Numbered from the stretch's first letter, positions 31,079 through 41,686 are shown. The stretch is DNA of 64,000 bases from Escherichia coli (GCF_030013595.1 NZ_CP122768.1); one strand, 5' to 3'. Program-made: numbers and translations. Notes: generated by a model not told the origin, from the sequence alone.

Positions 31079-32128
31079 CTATTTATCTTTTTTTAGTATG
31101 GCCTTGAGGGCTGCGATATTGGCCCGTGCGCCTTCGGCTTCTTTTAAACGACGGCGCTGCTGGGCAAAGCGGTCAAACTCCAATTTCGCTTTGTCATCAG
31201 CGTCTTTCTTGGAGATTTTTCCTGCACCGTTTAATACATCTCTATCGTTAAAACTCAAGAACTGGTCAAGCTTATCGGCCCAGTCCTGTAAAAATACCTG
31301 CTTGCGACGCAGTGCTTGGTCTTCAGCAAAGTCGAGCCACATATTGACGATGCGATTAAGCTCTTTGATTTCGTCTTCACGCAAATAGTTCTTGGCAACA
31401 GTAACGTCTGTCTTGCGCACTTCATCGCCTTTATAGCTGGTTAAGCCCATATCCGGCTTACTGGCATCCACACGGCTGGCGATAAGCTCAGCAGCCGTCA
31501 TATGCGTACAAGCATAATGCAGCTTATTCTGAATGGTTTGGAAGAAGCGGTTGGTCTCTTGGTTAGATGGCTCGTAATCAGCAGCCATGGTAAAGATTTC
31601 TTTGACTCGCAGATAAACGCGACGCTCACTAGCTCGGATATCACGAATGCGTTCCAGCATTTCATCAAAGTAATCTGGCACAGCAGAATGGCCAATGGGC
31701 GGATTTTTCAGGCGCTCGTCATCCATGACGAATCCTTTGATTAGGTATTCTTGCAACATTCTGGTTGCCCATTGGCGGAACTGGGTGCCACGTGTTGAGC
31801 GAACTCGGTATCCTACTGCAAGAATAACCGGAAGACTGTAGTGACGAATGCTTCGCTTTACTTCTCTGCCACCTTCCAGTTGAACTTGTAAGTAATCCTT
31901 ACAAGTTGAAATTTGCTCAAGCTCTTCTTCAGAATAGACAGCTTTTACGTGTTGGGTGATTGCTTGAGAGCTAACTTGATAAAGCTCTGCCATTGCAGCC
32001 TGAGAAAGCCACAAGGTGTCAGACTCAAAACGACACTCAACGCGGGTTTGACCATCAGCACTGGTGAAAAGAACAAACTCACCTTGAGGAGCTTGTGGGA
32101 TGTTATCGGCCATTGAATCAACCTTCAT
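31079..32128 (-). CDS. rhuM: RhuM-family protein (349 aa)
   Basis: Characteristic RhuM N-terminus (FVLFTSADGQTRVECRFESDTLWLSQAAMAELYQVS); directly downstream of the hsd operon. Confidence 0.85.
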   Translation of the reverse strand: MKVDSMADNIPQAPQGEFVLFTSADGQTRVECRFESDTLWLSQAAMAELYQVSSQAITQHVKAVYSEEELEQISTCKDYLQVQLEGGREVKRSIRHYSLPVILAVGYRVRSTRGTQFRQWATRMLQEYLIKGFVMDDERLKNPPIGHSAVPDYFDEMLERIRDIRASERRVYLRVKEIFTMAADYEPSNQETNRFFQTIQNKLHYACTHMTAAELIASRVDASKPDMGLTSYKGDEVRKTDVTVAKNYLREDEIKELNRIVNMWLDFAEDQALRRKQVFLQDWADKLDQFLSFNDRDVLNGAGKISKKDADDKAKLEFDRFAQQRRRLKEAEGARANIAALKAILKKDK

Positions 32129-32148
32129 ATGTTACTGATAATGGGCTA

Positions 32149-32991
32149 TTATTTATCCATAGCGGTTACAGAGTTAGCGAGCCTTTTTTCTTTGCCAAAC
32201 GGGGTCGTATAGAAGCGTTGTTCAATGCCATAAAGCAGTAACTTCAACTCATCGTCATTAGATATTTCAAACTTCTGATTTTCTTTATCGAATTTCAGCT
32301 TCTGTTCACCGCAGTAACCGTCGATATAATCAAGCATGTTAGCTTTATCGTCAGCAGACATCGCATCAAGTGTTGCCATAGCAAGGCCAATACGTTTTCT
32401 ATTAGGTTTTGAGACGCTATCTACGTTGTAGTCATTACCCAACTCTATAAACTGTGCATCTAAAAACTGCTCAACTTCTTCTTTTGTTGCTTCCTTGTAC
32501 AACTCATCGATACCTTTAAAAATGCTCGAGATCGTTGCCAGATTTTTGAATATCAAGGTATCGGCCACTTTGAAGTACACTGCATCAGGTAAGGCGTTTA
32601 TTACTAAACGTGTTTGGCTCTTCTCAATTTCTGCGGCTTCACCAAAAACAAGCGTTTTGCGTTTTACGAATAGGCTTGGAGTGATTTTTTGAAAGTAAAA
32701 ATCATTACCTTGAATTGCAAATAAGTAGGCGATCTTGGCGAAGTTATCTTTGGTTAAGTCATCGTAGTCTTTTGAATCATAGTCTTTTTTTAGCAGTTCA
32801 ATACAAAACTCTTTTTGACTAAAGTCTTCAATTTTAAACCATGAGTCTTCGTCAAGGTTATGGTCTGGATTGTATGGAATACAGGCATTTAAGTCGATTG
32901 TGACGGTATCAAAAAGAGATTGATCAGAAACCAATTTGAAAATGCGTTTTTTTGCTCTAGTTTTTATATGTGCCAGTACATGGTCCATCAT
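32149..32991 (-). CDS. Soluble 280-aa protein translationally coupled to the upstream membrane protein (KwaB-like position; defence candidate)
   Basis: ORF track; start ATG overlaps the stop of the membrane gene (TAATG); no family recognised by eye. Confidence 0.5.
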   Translation of the reverse strand: MMDHVLAHIKTRAKKRIFKLVSDQSLFDTVTIDLNACIPYNPDHNLDEDSWFKIEDFSQKEFCIELLKKDYDSKDYDDLTKDNFAKIAYLFAIQGNDFYFQKITPSLFVKRKTLVFGEAAEIEKSQTRLVINALPDAVYFKVADTLIFKNLATISSIFKGIDELYKEATKEEVEQFLDAQFIELGNDYNVDSVSKPNRKRIGLAMATLDAMSADDKANMLDYIDGYCGEQKLKFDKENQKFEISNDDELKLLLYGIEQRFYTTPFGKEKRLANSVTAMDK

Positions 32992-33545
32992 TATCCTCGC
33001 TCGATAAATGTGTAATTATTGATTCGATAAGCCAATGATATTTCGATGTCATCTGGCTTCTTGTAGCGCTCTCGGCTAATAAGGAAAATGGCCGTTCCGT
33101 TTTTGGTTGTAATGTTATAAAACTCATAACCAAACAGTAAAAACAATGGGTTAAAGTAGAGTGCTTGCGATAAGAGAGTAAAAACAAACAAAACGCCATA
33201 AACAAACCACAATGTCTCCCAGTTACCAATGCTCAACGCCACGAAAAAGTAACCCAAATAACTTGGTAGGAAGCTGTTATTGGCATGCTCAATACTCGCT
33301 ACTTCACCCGCCTTAAAATCGTCTTTACCCAAATACTTACTCAGCCAAATACTCAATCCAGTCGATAAAACAGGGATAAGAAAATAGAGTAAATATGATA
33401 CTGCGTTCGGAAGTGCTGCTATCCAATCGAAGCAAGCGAAACCACCAAAGAAATATCCGAGTGAGTACCCTTTTTGTACCGCAAAGATAATCACTAGTAG
33501 TGATGTTGCATTGAACGTAAGTAAAACCCGAAACGCAGTATTCAT
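32991..33545 (-). CDS. Small 4-TM membrane protein translationally coupled to hsdR (KwaA-like architecture; defence candidate)
   Basis: About four hydrophobic helices (aa 7-25, 29-46, 49-70, 93-125); start ATG overlaps the hsdR stop. Confidence 0.55.
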   Translation of the reverse strand: MNTAFRVLLTFNATSLLVIIFAVQKGYSLGYFFGGFACFDWIAALPNAVSYLLYFLIPVLSTGLSIWLSKYLGKDDFKAGEVASIEHANNSFLPSYLGYFFVALSIGNWETLWFVYGVLFVFTLLSQALYFNPLFLLFGYEFYNITTKNGTAIFLISRERYKKPDDIEISLAYRINNYTFIERG

Positions 33546-36500
33546 TATTTCACCGCCGCCTGTTCTGCACCTTGCTTCATCATGTCAAAAATCAACTCAA
33601 CATAACTTGCCATAACTTGTGGGTCTTTGAGTAGCGTTCGGGCTATATCACCTTCTTTCAGCAGAGCCTGCACAACGGCTTGCTTCACCGCTTGCGGCAA
33701 GTCGCCTTTGAGGGCAATCGACTTGTCGTGCTTTTCTATCTGCTCAACCACAATTGGATTTTGGGTGACACGCGTAATAGTACCGTTGGCAAAGTTTCGG
33801 CGACCGGGTTCGTCGCCGACATCGCCAAACAGTTCGTTTAGGCGGCGAATGATATCGGCAAGAAATGCCTGTTCACGATCCGCAGGGTCGTTATAGTTGG
33901 GGCGGATAGGTTCAAGTACCTGATTAAACGCTTCTGGAAGCGGCTCTTTGTCGTATTTGATTTTGAATTTTTCTAGTACCAGTGCACTGAGATCGATGTT
34001 TTCTGGTGTTACCCCTTTCAATCGACGTGATAGCAAATGAGCAAACGCGGCAAAGTTTTCCAGTTCAGGATCACCAAACTCAATCAATTGCGCCATATAG
34101 CTATAGTGCTTCACAAATCGAGCTAAATCTGACTTAAAACGCATTAGTGCTTCGCGCTGCTTGGTGAAATCACTGCGCTGAGATTCTGCGTAGTTCGCCG
34201 CTTTTTCATCACCCGCAAGGTGCGCTTTGTTGTATTGCTGATCCCAATGGTTTGCAGCATCAACCAGCTCTTTGAGCTTAACGTTGAACACATCGGTAGG
34301 GCGTTGTGTGGCAGCTAGCAGTTTCTTGTGCGCGTGTGACTTTTTGTCAGGTGATTGGCCGAGAATCGATTTACCACGCGCTTGCTTAAACAACTCTAAA
34401 TCTTGATGGTTGTATATGTTCTGTTCATCCAAAATATCTTTGATGTCATAGATGACGTTCACATCTTGCACTTCATTAAGCTGCGCGCCTTTGTCGTACT
34501 TTTTGAACGCATTGAGAATGGTTTGTGGATCGTTAACAAAATCAATCACGAAGGTTGTGTCTTTGCCTGGATAGGTGCGGTTTAGGCGAGACAGCGTTTG
34601 CACCGCTTCTACATCGGATATTTTCTTATCCAAATACATGGCAACCAGTTTTGGTTGATTAAAGCCCGTTTGGAACTTGTTGGCGACTAACATGACGCGA
34701 TATTCGGTATTCTCAAACTCATGGCGCAGGTCAGCCCCGTGCGTGTCTGGGTTTAAGTTGTACTCGGTGTACTCTTTATCGAAATCAATTTCTAGCGGGT
34801 CTTGGCTGTCTTCATCACCCAAATCTTTGCCGGGGACTTTGCCCGAGAAGGCAACCAAGGCTTGGATACCTTCAATACCATGCTTTTTAATGTATTTATC
34901 AAAAGCAAGCTTGTATTTCACCGCCTGTGGCCTGCCCGATGTGACCACCATGGCTTTGGCTTCACCTTCCAGTAGGTGAGCGATATTGGCCTTGAAGTGC
35001 TTAATAATAAATTCGACTTTTTGGCTGACCGTGGTTGGGTGCAGTGACATCCAGCGCGCCAACGCGCGGCGAGCTTGTTTGCTGTCTACGCGCTTCTCAT
35101 CCAGATTGTTCTCACCAATTTTGTAGGCTGTATCGTAGTGGGTGTAATTCTCCAGCACATCAAGAATAAAACCCTCATCAATGGCCTGACGTTGGGTGTA
35201 GAGGTGGAACGATTCAGGAAGATTGTCATCTGACACTGGTTGGTTAGGGTCTTTCGGGCGGCCAAACAACATCTTGGTGCTGTGCTTGGGTGTTGCCGTA
35301 AAAGCAAAGTGCGAAACGTTCTTGGGCATGGCGCGCGCTTCTTGCACCTTAGTAAGAATGTCCTCAATGCTCATTTGCTCCAACTCTTGAGGGCTAAGGT
35401 TTAGAGTAAGCGCTGCGCGTAACCCTTTGGCTGTAGAGCCTGTTTGCGAGGTGTGTGCTTCATCGATGATCACCGCAAAGTTACTTTGTGCCAAAGATTG
35501 ATTGGTCAGAATCGCTTCTAACGCATATGGGAAGGTTTGAATCGTCACTACAATGATCGGCGTGCCAGTCAATAGCGCTTCAGTCAGCTGTTTTGATTTC
35601 GACTCGCTGCTCTTTTCGCGATCAATCGCCTTAATCACCCCATATTGATGATCCAGCTGTTGCACCGCATCTTGCAACTGCGAATCCAGCACGGTGCGGT
35701 CGGTCACAATGATCACTGATTTAAAGACCGCTTTACCATCGGTGCTGCGTAAACGAATCAAATCATGGGCCGTCCAGGCTATGGTAGAGGTTTTTCCCGA
35801 ACCGGCGCTGTGCTCACAAAGATACTGCATGCCTGCGCCGTTCTGGCGGGCATCATCAATCATCTTGTTGACTGCGGCTAACTGATGATAACGCGGAAAA
35901 ATCTGTGTTTCCTTACGCTCAACCTTGCCATTGCTATCGGCAACCACTTTGGTTTCGACATACACAAAGCTGTAGAAAATGCGTAGCCAATTATCTTTTT
36001 GGGCAATTTCTTGCCAAAAATAGCTGACCGGATACTCTCCATCTTCACCCGGCAAGTTGATGTGTACAGGCAAATCAGAGGTAGAACCATCATGGCCTTT
36101 ATTGAAGGGCAGAAAATAGGTATTTTCTCCCGCCAGTTTGGTCGCCATGGCGATTTCTGTATCAGACATGGCAAAATGTACCACTGCACCGCGTTTAAAG
36201 GTTAACAGCGGCTCTTTACGCTTGGTTTTTGGGTCAACGGGCAGACGATCCTCTTTGTACTGCGCAATCGCCGATTCTAGCGACTGGGTAAAATCGGTTT
36301 TTAGCTCGGCGGTGGCAACGGGTAGACCGTTGATAAAGAACACCAAGTCAATTTCCCACTCGCGAGTCGGGCAATATTTCAGTTGGCGCACCACGCGCAA
36401 AATGTTGTGCTCATAACGGGCTATACGCTCTTCATTGCGCGCATCTTCGGGTTTGCGTTGGCCCATGGCAATCGTGCCGCAACCTGCAATGGTAAAGCCT

Positions 36501-36781
36501 TTACGCAGCACATTAATGGTGCCACCTGTTTTACTGCCAGCTTTGTGGGAAGAGAGGGCTTTTTCCAAACGCTCCAACAGCACCTGCTCGGCATTCACAC
36601 CATGCAGTTTATTCAGTTTGTGCCAGGCATCTGGCTGGGTGGCCTTTACCCAATCCATGACATCTTGCGGGTAAAGGGCGCGTTGCTGGTCATAGTGGCA
36701 GGAATGGCCTTCTTTCCAGCCATTGTTCACCAACTGCTCGGTAATATATTGTTCAAAATGCACTTCATGATGTGCAGCCAT
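33545..36781 (-). CDS. hsdR: Type I restriction enzyme R subunit HsdR (1078 aa)
   Basis: SF2 helicase motifs (GSGKT Walker A, DEAH-like region); length and operon context. Confidence 0.95.
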   Translation of the reverse strand: MAAHHEVHFEQYITEQLVNNGWKEGHSCHYDQQRALYPQDVMDWVKATQPDAWHKLNKLHGVNAEQVLLERLEKALSSHKAGSKTGGTINVLRKGFTIAGCGTIAMGQRKPEDARNEERIARYEHNILRVVRQLKYCPTREWEIDLVFFINGLPVATAELKTDFTQSLESAIAQYKEDRLPVDPKTKRKEPLLTFKRGAVVHFAMSDTEIAMATKLAGENTYFLPFNKGHDGSTSDLPVHINLPGEDGEYPVSYFWQEIAQKDNWLRIFYSFVYVETKVVADSNGKVERKETQIFPRYHQLAAVNKMIDDARQNGAGMQYLCEHSAGSGKTSTIAWTAHDLIRLRSTDGKAVFKSVIIVTDRTVLDSQLQDAVQQLDHQYGVIKAIDREKSSESKSKQLTEALLTGTPIIVVTIQTFPYALEAILTNQSLAQSNFAVIIDEAHTSQTGSTAKGLRAALTLNLSPQELEQMSIEDILTKVQEARAMPKNVSHFAFTATPKHSTKMLFGRPKDPNQPVSDDNLPESFHLYTQRQAIDEGFILDVLENYTHYDTAYKIGENNLDEKRVDSKQARRALARWMSLHPTTVSQKVEFIIKHFKANIAHLLEGEAKAMVVTSGRPQAVKYKLAFDKYIKKHGIEGIQALVAFSGKVPGKDLGDEDSQDPLEIDFDKEYTEYNLNPDTHGADLRHEFENTEYRVMLVANKFQTGFNQPKLVAMYLDKKISDVEAVQTLSRLNRTYPGKDTTFVIDFVNDPQTILNAFKKYDKGAQLNEVQDVNVIYDIKDILDEQNIYNHQDLELFKQARGKSILGQSPDKKSHAHKKLLAATQRPTDVFNVKLKELVDAANHWDQQYNKAHLAGDEKAANYAESQRSDFTKQREALMRFKSDLARFVKHYSYMAQLIEFGDPELENFAAFAHLLSRRLKGVTPENIDLSALVLEKFKIKYDKEPLPEAFNQVLEPIRPNYNDPADREQAFLADIIRRLNELFGDVGDEPGRRNFANGTITRVTQNPIVVEQIEKHDKSIALKGDLPQAVKQAVVQALLKEGDIARTLLKDPQVMASYVELIFDMMKQGAEQAAVK

Positions 36782-38067
36782 TACACCGCCTCCCTGACGT
36801 CTATTTTTCCTGTGACAGCCGCGTTGATCAGCGATGTGCGGTGTTCTTTTAGAAGATCAATCGATTTATCAGTCTCTTGAATCAGTAAATCAATGTTTAT
36901 CGTTGCTGCACTCAAGTAATTCGTTATTGTCTTTTGCTCATCAATTGGTGGGATAGCAATACTTGTATTAGCTAGTGAAGGAATGCTCAGGTTGTAGTTA
37001 CCTACCGATGTTCTTGACTGAAATGTTAATGCTTGACGAACAGATAGTGAGTTCATCGCTTCCACTAAGAAGCTAGTATCCACTCCTTGCTTTGGTGTTA
37101 ACTTTATTAGGTACGACGCAAATAAATACTGCCCATTTGAATCAAAAAGCGCGCTTTGGCCGACCAGATTAGGGTTACCGTTAGTTCTGATGACTAAAAT
37201 GTCGCCTCTTGATAAAAGATAAGTTAAAGCATCAACATCACTGATATTTGCATATTTGAGATCTTCAAAATCAACATTGGTACTCTTGATGTTTGGTATC
37301 CTGAGAACAGGATAGCCAACATCAGACTGGTTACAGTCTTGAGAGGTTCCATACATAAAGTTGGAGCAAATATGCTTTATCTTTTTGACTTCCCAATGCT
37401 TCGGCACTTGCCCAATCCACTCGATGCCAGAGTCCTGCATCTCCACATTGGGATAGAGCCCCTTTGTGACCACATGGCTGATCAGTGCTTGGCGTTTTTC
37501 TTTGAGCAGCTTAATAAAGGTCTGCTTTTCCTCGATCAGACTGTCGATGCGCTGGGTTTCGCGATCAAGGAATGTGCTAACCTGCTTCTGTAATGAAATA
37601 TCAATCAGTGGAACAGGTATTTCTAAAAGATCACCAGCTGTTAGGTTCTGACGAACTCCTCCACCCAGTTTGTTATAAATATTGGTTAGGTATAGAGCAA
37701 AAAAGTACCAGTAATAGAACCTTGGGTAGATGCTATTTGAACTCGCTGAAACACGGATGTATGCAGGGCTCATTATTCCTCGTTCATGCACAATCCCCAC
37801 TCGGCTAGTCTTTATATTTTCAAGATCTATGAGCTTAAAAACTAAGTCATCTTTTTCAAAAATCTGATAAACAGAGTAATCAGAAGATTGAAGTCCTTGT
37901 AAATCGTCTAACGAGCGGTTTATGACACCTTTCATTGTTAGTGCAAGACGATTAGATTCTTTCATTCCTTGATTGATTTCTTTGCTACTCGTAAATAAAC
38001 GTTTAGCTGGTACTGAGTTCCATTTCGAGTCAGATACGAAAGCATCTACTATGTTGCCAGCATTCAT
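36781..38067 (-). CDS. hsdS: Type I restriction-modification specificity subunit HsdS (428 aa)
   Basis: Two-TRD architecture with conserved central and C-terminal repeats; coupled between hsdM and hsdR. Confidence 0.9.
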   Translation of the reverse strand: MNAGNIVDAFVSDSKWNSVPAKRLFTSSKEINQGMKESNRLALTMKGVINRSLDDLQGLQSSDYSVYQIFEKDDLVFKLIDLENIKTSRVGIVHERGIMSPAYIRVSASSNSIYPRFYYWYFFALYLTNIYNKLGGGVRQNLTAGDLLEIPVPLIDISLQKQVSTFLDRETQRIDSLIEEKQTFIKLLKEKRQALISHVVTKGLYPNVEMQDSGIEWIGQVPKHWEVKKIKHICSNFMYGTSQDCNQSDVGYPVLRIPNIKSTNVDFEDLKYANISDVDALTYLLSRGDILVIRTNGNPNLVGQSALFDSNGQYLFASYLIKLTPKQGVDTSFLVEAMNSLSVRQALTFQSRTSVGNYNLSIPSLANTSIAIPPIDEQKTITNYLSAATINIDLLIQETDKSIDLLKEHRTSLINAAVTGKIDVREAV

Positions 38068-40046
38068 TACGCCACCTCATTCAGCAGAGCCTGAATGCGC
38101 GCTTCACATGCTTTTAGCTCACGATCAATCACACTCAACTCGCGTGGTGGCACGTATTGGTAGAAATAGCGGTTAAAGTTAATTTCATAACCGACAATGC
38201 CCACTTCGCCGTCTTTTTCATCACGCACTGAGTGATCAATAAAGGCATCCGGTACATGTGGCAGCACCTCTTGTGCGAAGTAATCTTCAACGTCGCGGTC
38301 AAAAGGAATGCTTTCGGTGTCTTTGAGTTTAGGGTCGGCGATCACTTGGCCTTTTTCATCCAGTGCAGGCTCAAATTGCGGATCAATTTTTACAAAGTGC
38401 GCAGTTAAGGCCGTAGCCAGTGCTTTTGAGCACTTACCAAAGTCACCCTTATTGTTATTCTTCTTAACCGCCAAACGTGCCCATTCATAAGGCTGAAGGC
38501 CAAGGTTATCGGTGAGGTATTGTACCCATGCCGCTTGTTGCTCTGGTTTGAGTTTTTTAAACGTATCTTGCTGCACAAATGCAGCAATGCCCGCAGCGGT
38601 AATATCTAGTTTGGCACGCAGTGGACGCTGAATGGTGACTTTACGGTAGGCAAAATCAGTAGTCTGGAAGATCTTACAGTTGTCACTGGCTTCAAAGCCA
38701 TCGTACGCACGGACAATATCGTCAATCTGTTCATCACTCAGGTACTTGCGCTTATCGCCTTGCGATTTACGCATGGGAGTCCAAATATCTGCCAAGTTAA
38801 TCAGTTGCACCTGATTCTTGCGTCTTGGCTCTTTATGGTTAGTCAAAATCCAGATGTAGGTGCCAATGCCGGTGTTGAAGAACATATCGGTTGGCAGGGC
38901 AACAATCGCTTCGACTAAGTCTTGTTCTAGCAGCCAACGGCGGATTTCTGATGGGCCTGAGCCTGCATCGCCATTAAACAGTGGCGAGCCAGAAAGGACT
39001 ATACCCACTCGGCCACCACCATTTTCCGGCGTTTCCATTTTTGATACCAAGTGCAGTAAAAACAGCATTGAACCATCAGAAATACTCGGCAGGCCTGGCC
39101 CAAAGCGTCCGGCGTATTTGAGCTGTTTGTGCTCACGTTCTACTTCTTTCTTGGCTTTTTCCCACTTAATGCCAAATGGCGGGTTGGCAAGGCCGTAGTG
39201 AAACTTGTCGGCACGTAACTGATCGTCTGATAAGGTGTTGCCTTGCTTGATGTTATTGGCATCAAAACCGCGGATCATCATATTGGTCAGCGCCATGGCA
39301 TGGGTCGCGGGGTCGAGCTCTTGACCAAAAGGCACGACTTTAGCGCTGCTGCCCATTTCTTCAATTTGGCTAATGGCATCGGAAAGGAAACCGCCCGTGC
39401 CACAGGTTGGGTCATAGATGGTGCGGATCACACCCTTTTCACTAAAGATATCTTCATCCGCCGCCAGCACCAGTTTGGTGGCAAGACGCACGGCATCACG
39501 CGGGGTCATAAATTCCCCGGCCTTTTCATTAACCGAACTGGCGAACTTTAGAATCAGCTCTTCATAAGCATCTGATAATACGCGGTCAGACACTACATCA
39601 GGATGCAAGTCGAGGTTGGCAAAATGGTTTACCATGCGATACAGCAACTTGGCTTTTTCCAGATCTTCTATGGTTTGACCAAATTTAAACTCATCAAAGA
39701 TGGTACGAACGTTTTTGCTGAACTGGCTGATGTAGTGTTCTAGGTTGTCGCCGGTGTCTGACGCGCCTAAGGTTTCTAGGCTATATTCACTGGTGTTGTA
39801 AAAGGCGAATCCCGCAATTTCTGGCAACACTAAACCAAGGTCTATGCCGGATTGTTTTTCGGCCAGATAGAACTTACGAACTTCCTCACGGGTGGGTTCT
39901 AACACGCATTCAATACGACGCAGTAGCAAAAATGGCAGGATAATCCGCGCAAAATCGGTGTGTTTGAAATCACCCCATAAATCATCTGCCATACGCCAAA
40001 TAGCACTGGAGAGTTTGGCGCTTTGTTCTTTGTCTTGTAAGTTCAT
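38067..40046 (-). CDS. hsdM: Type I restriction-modification N6-adenine DNA methyltransferase HsdM (659 aa, long C-terminal extension)
   Basis: NPPFG catalytic motif (LANPPFGIKW), HsdM N-terminal domain; first gene of the coupled operon. Confidence 0.95.
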   Translation of the reverse strand: MNLQDKEQSAKLSSAIWRMADDLWGDFKHTDFARIILPFLLLRRIECVLEPTREEVRKFYLAEKQSGIDLGLVLPEIAGFAFYNTSEYSLETLGASDTGDNLEHYISQFSKNVRTIFDEFKFGQTIEDLEKAKLLYRMVNHFANLDLHPDVVSDRVLSDAYEELILKFASSVNEKAGEFMTPRDAVRLATKLVLAADEDIFSEKGVIRTIYDPTCGTGGFLSDAISQIEEMGSSAKVVPFGQELDPATHAMALTNMMIRGFDANNIKQGNTLSDDQLRADKFHYGLANPPFGIKWEKAKKEVEREHKQLKYAGRFGPGLPSISDGSMLFLLHLVSKMETPENGGGRVGIVLSGSPLFNGDAGSGPSEIRRWLLEQDLVEAIVALPTDMFFNTGIGTYIWILTNHKEPRRKNQVQLINLADIWTPMRKSQGDKRKYLSDEQIDDIVRAYDGFEASDNCKIFQTTDFAYRKVTIQRPLRAKLDITAAGIAAFVQQDTFKKLKPEQQAAWVQYLTDNLGLQPYEWARLAVKKNNNKGDFGKCSKALATALTAHFVKIDPQFEPALDEKGQVIADPKLKDTESIPFDRDVEDYFAQEVLPHVPDAFIDHSVRDEKDGEVGIVGYEINFNRYFYQYVPPRELSVIDRELKACEARIQALLNEVA

Positions 40047-40112
40047 TGATACTACCTAAATGAAGTTAAATCGTTAAAAAATCAGTGTATTGTTTGGTTA
40101 TTATTTTGCGTT

Positions 40113-40619
40113 CTAGCTAAAGATGGCTTGCCAACGGCAAAATGCAGAACGATGTCTGTCGGTCCATTGGGTGCAAATAACATAGGTTTTTTCATCTCGC
40201 TGGGCCACTTTAGTGGTGGAGTAGCGGTTTCGCTCTTTGGCATCTTTGGCTGCACTGCGAATGTCTTCTGGCCGTGATGATTTAGCCAGTTTGAGCACGG
40301 GGAATGACAACCCAAAAATGTTGCGACAATAGGTTAGCTGCGTGAGGTTTTCTATTTCACTCAGTGGTAGAGCATGTTCAACCAAGTCTTGGATAGCTTC
40401 GGTTATCTCTGCATTGCTGATATTGTGTTGCGTTTGTGCAACTTCCCGTGTCTCTACTTCATTTTCAAGAGCAACAGAAAACGGAAAACCTTTGGCTTGA
40501 ACGGATTTAGCTAAAAAGACGTTAATAGCCTGCTCAATAGGTAAGCCCAACTCAGCAAAGATACTCGTGGCTTTTTCAAGCAGTTGAGGGTCTATATTGG
40601 TTGCCTTCATATGACTCAC
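40113..40619 (-). CDS. RelB/DinJ-like antitoxin-fold domain fused to an unknown C-terminal domain (168 aa)
   Basis: N-terminus LLEKATSIFAELGLPIEQAINVFLAKSV resembles DinJ/RelB; no adjacent toxin ORF; sits just upstream of hsdM. Confidence 0.5.
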   Translation of the reverse strand: MSHMKATNIDPQLLEKATSIFAELGLPIEQAINVFLAKSVQAKGFPFSVALENEVETREVAQTQHNISNAEITEAIQDLVEHALPLSEIENLTQLTYCRNIFGLSFPVLKLAKSSRPEDIRSAAKDAKERNRYSTTKVAQRDEKTYVICTQWTDRHRSAFCRWQAIFS

Positions 40620-40882
40620 AAAACCTACAAATTGTAATTTTTGTATCCTATAGGCTTTGCATTTTCACGGCTAGCAATAAAGTCAAAAAATGAGAAATAA
40701 TTGATCTTAAAAAACTTAAAACAGGCTAACAAATCAGCAGTTACACTTGTCATGCCCTGCTAGTGAGAGGATCTTATCACTTTCGATATTGATGCAATCA
40801 GGTGCCGCGATAGAGGAAGCTTGGTCAGGTAATGGTGCCAACTTACTGATTTAGTGTATGATGGTGATTTTAAGGTGCTTGC

Positions 40883-41158
40883 GTGGCTTCTGTTTCTATC
40901 AGCTGTCCCTCCTGTTCAGCTACTGACGGGGTGGTGCGTAACGGCAAAAGCACCGCCGGACATCAGCGCTATCTCTGCTCTCACTGCCGTAAAACATGGC
41001 AACTGCAGTTCACTTACACCGCTTCTCAACCCGGTACGCACCAGAAAATCATTGATATGGCCATGAATGGCGTTGGATGCCGGGCAACCGCCCGCATTAT
41101 GGGCGTTGGCCTCAACACGATTTTCCGCCATTTAAAAAACTCAGGCCGCAGTCGGTAA
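40883..41158 (+). CDS. insA: IS1 InsA
   Basis: [40 protein letters not shown]. Confidence 0.95.
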   Translation: MASVSISCPSCSATDGVVRNGKSTAGHQRYLCSHCRKTWQLQFTYTASQPGTHQKIIDMAMNGVGCRATARIMGVGLNTIFRHLKNSGRSR

Positions 41159-41580
41159 CCTCGCGCATACAGCCGGGCAGTGACGTCATCGTCTGCGCGG
41201 AAATGGACGAACAGTGGGGATACGTCGGGGCTAAATCGCGCCAGCGCTGGCTGTTTTACGCGTATGACAGGCTCCGGAAGACGGTTGTTGCGCACGTATT
41301 CGGTGAACGCACTATGGCGACGCTGGGGCGTCTTATGAGCCTGCTGTCACCCTTTGACGTGGTGATATGGATGACGGATGGCTGGCCGCTGTATGAATCA
41401 CGCCTGAAGGGAAAGCTGCACGTTATCAGCAAGCGTTACACTCAGCGAATTGAGCGGCATAACCTGAATCTGAGGCAGCACCTGGCACGGCTGGGACGGA
41501 AGTCGCTGTCGTTCTCAAAATCGGTGGAGCTGCATGACAAAGTCATCGGGCATTATCTGAACATAAAACACTATCAATAA
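41077..41580 (+). CDS. insB: IS1 InsB (expressed as InsAB' by frameshift)
   Basis: ORF track; IS1 transposase sequence. Confidence 0.85.
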   Translation: MPGNRPHYGRWPQHDFPPFKKLRPQSVTSRIQPGSDVIVCAEMDEQWGYVGAKSRQRWLFYAYDRLRKTVVAHVFGERTMATLGRLMSLLSPFDVVIWMTDGWPLYESRLKGKLHVISKRYTQRIERHNLNLRQHLARLGRKSLSFSKSVELHDKVIGHYLNIKHYQ

Positions 41581-41686
41581 GTTGGAGTCATTACCCCCCG
41601 GACGAGTGGGAATCCATGGTAGGGATTTTTACCGAAATGGAAGAACACTATTAGGGGGCACCTCAGAAAACGGAAAATAAAGCACG

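Larger units (their letters stand above)
40828..41595 (+). mobile_element. IS1 (768 bp), variant copy
   Basis: Terminal inverted repeats GGTAATGGTGCCAACTTACTGAT ... AAGTTGGAGTCATTACC; insA and insB inside. Confidence 0.95.

Noticed and set aside
32149-32991. Firm assignment of the 280-aa protein as KwaB (DUF4868)
   Set aside because: The architecture fits Kiwa but I cannot verify the domain by eye, so it is reported as Kiwa-like or novel rather than named.
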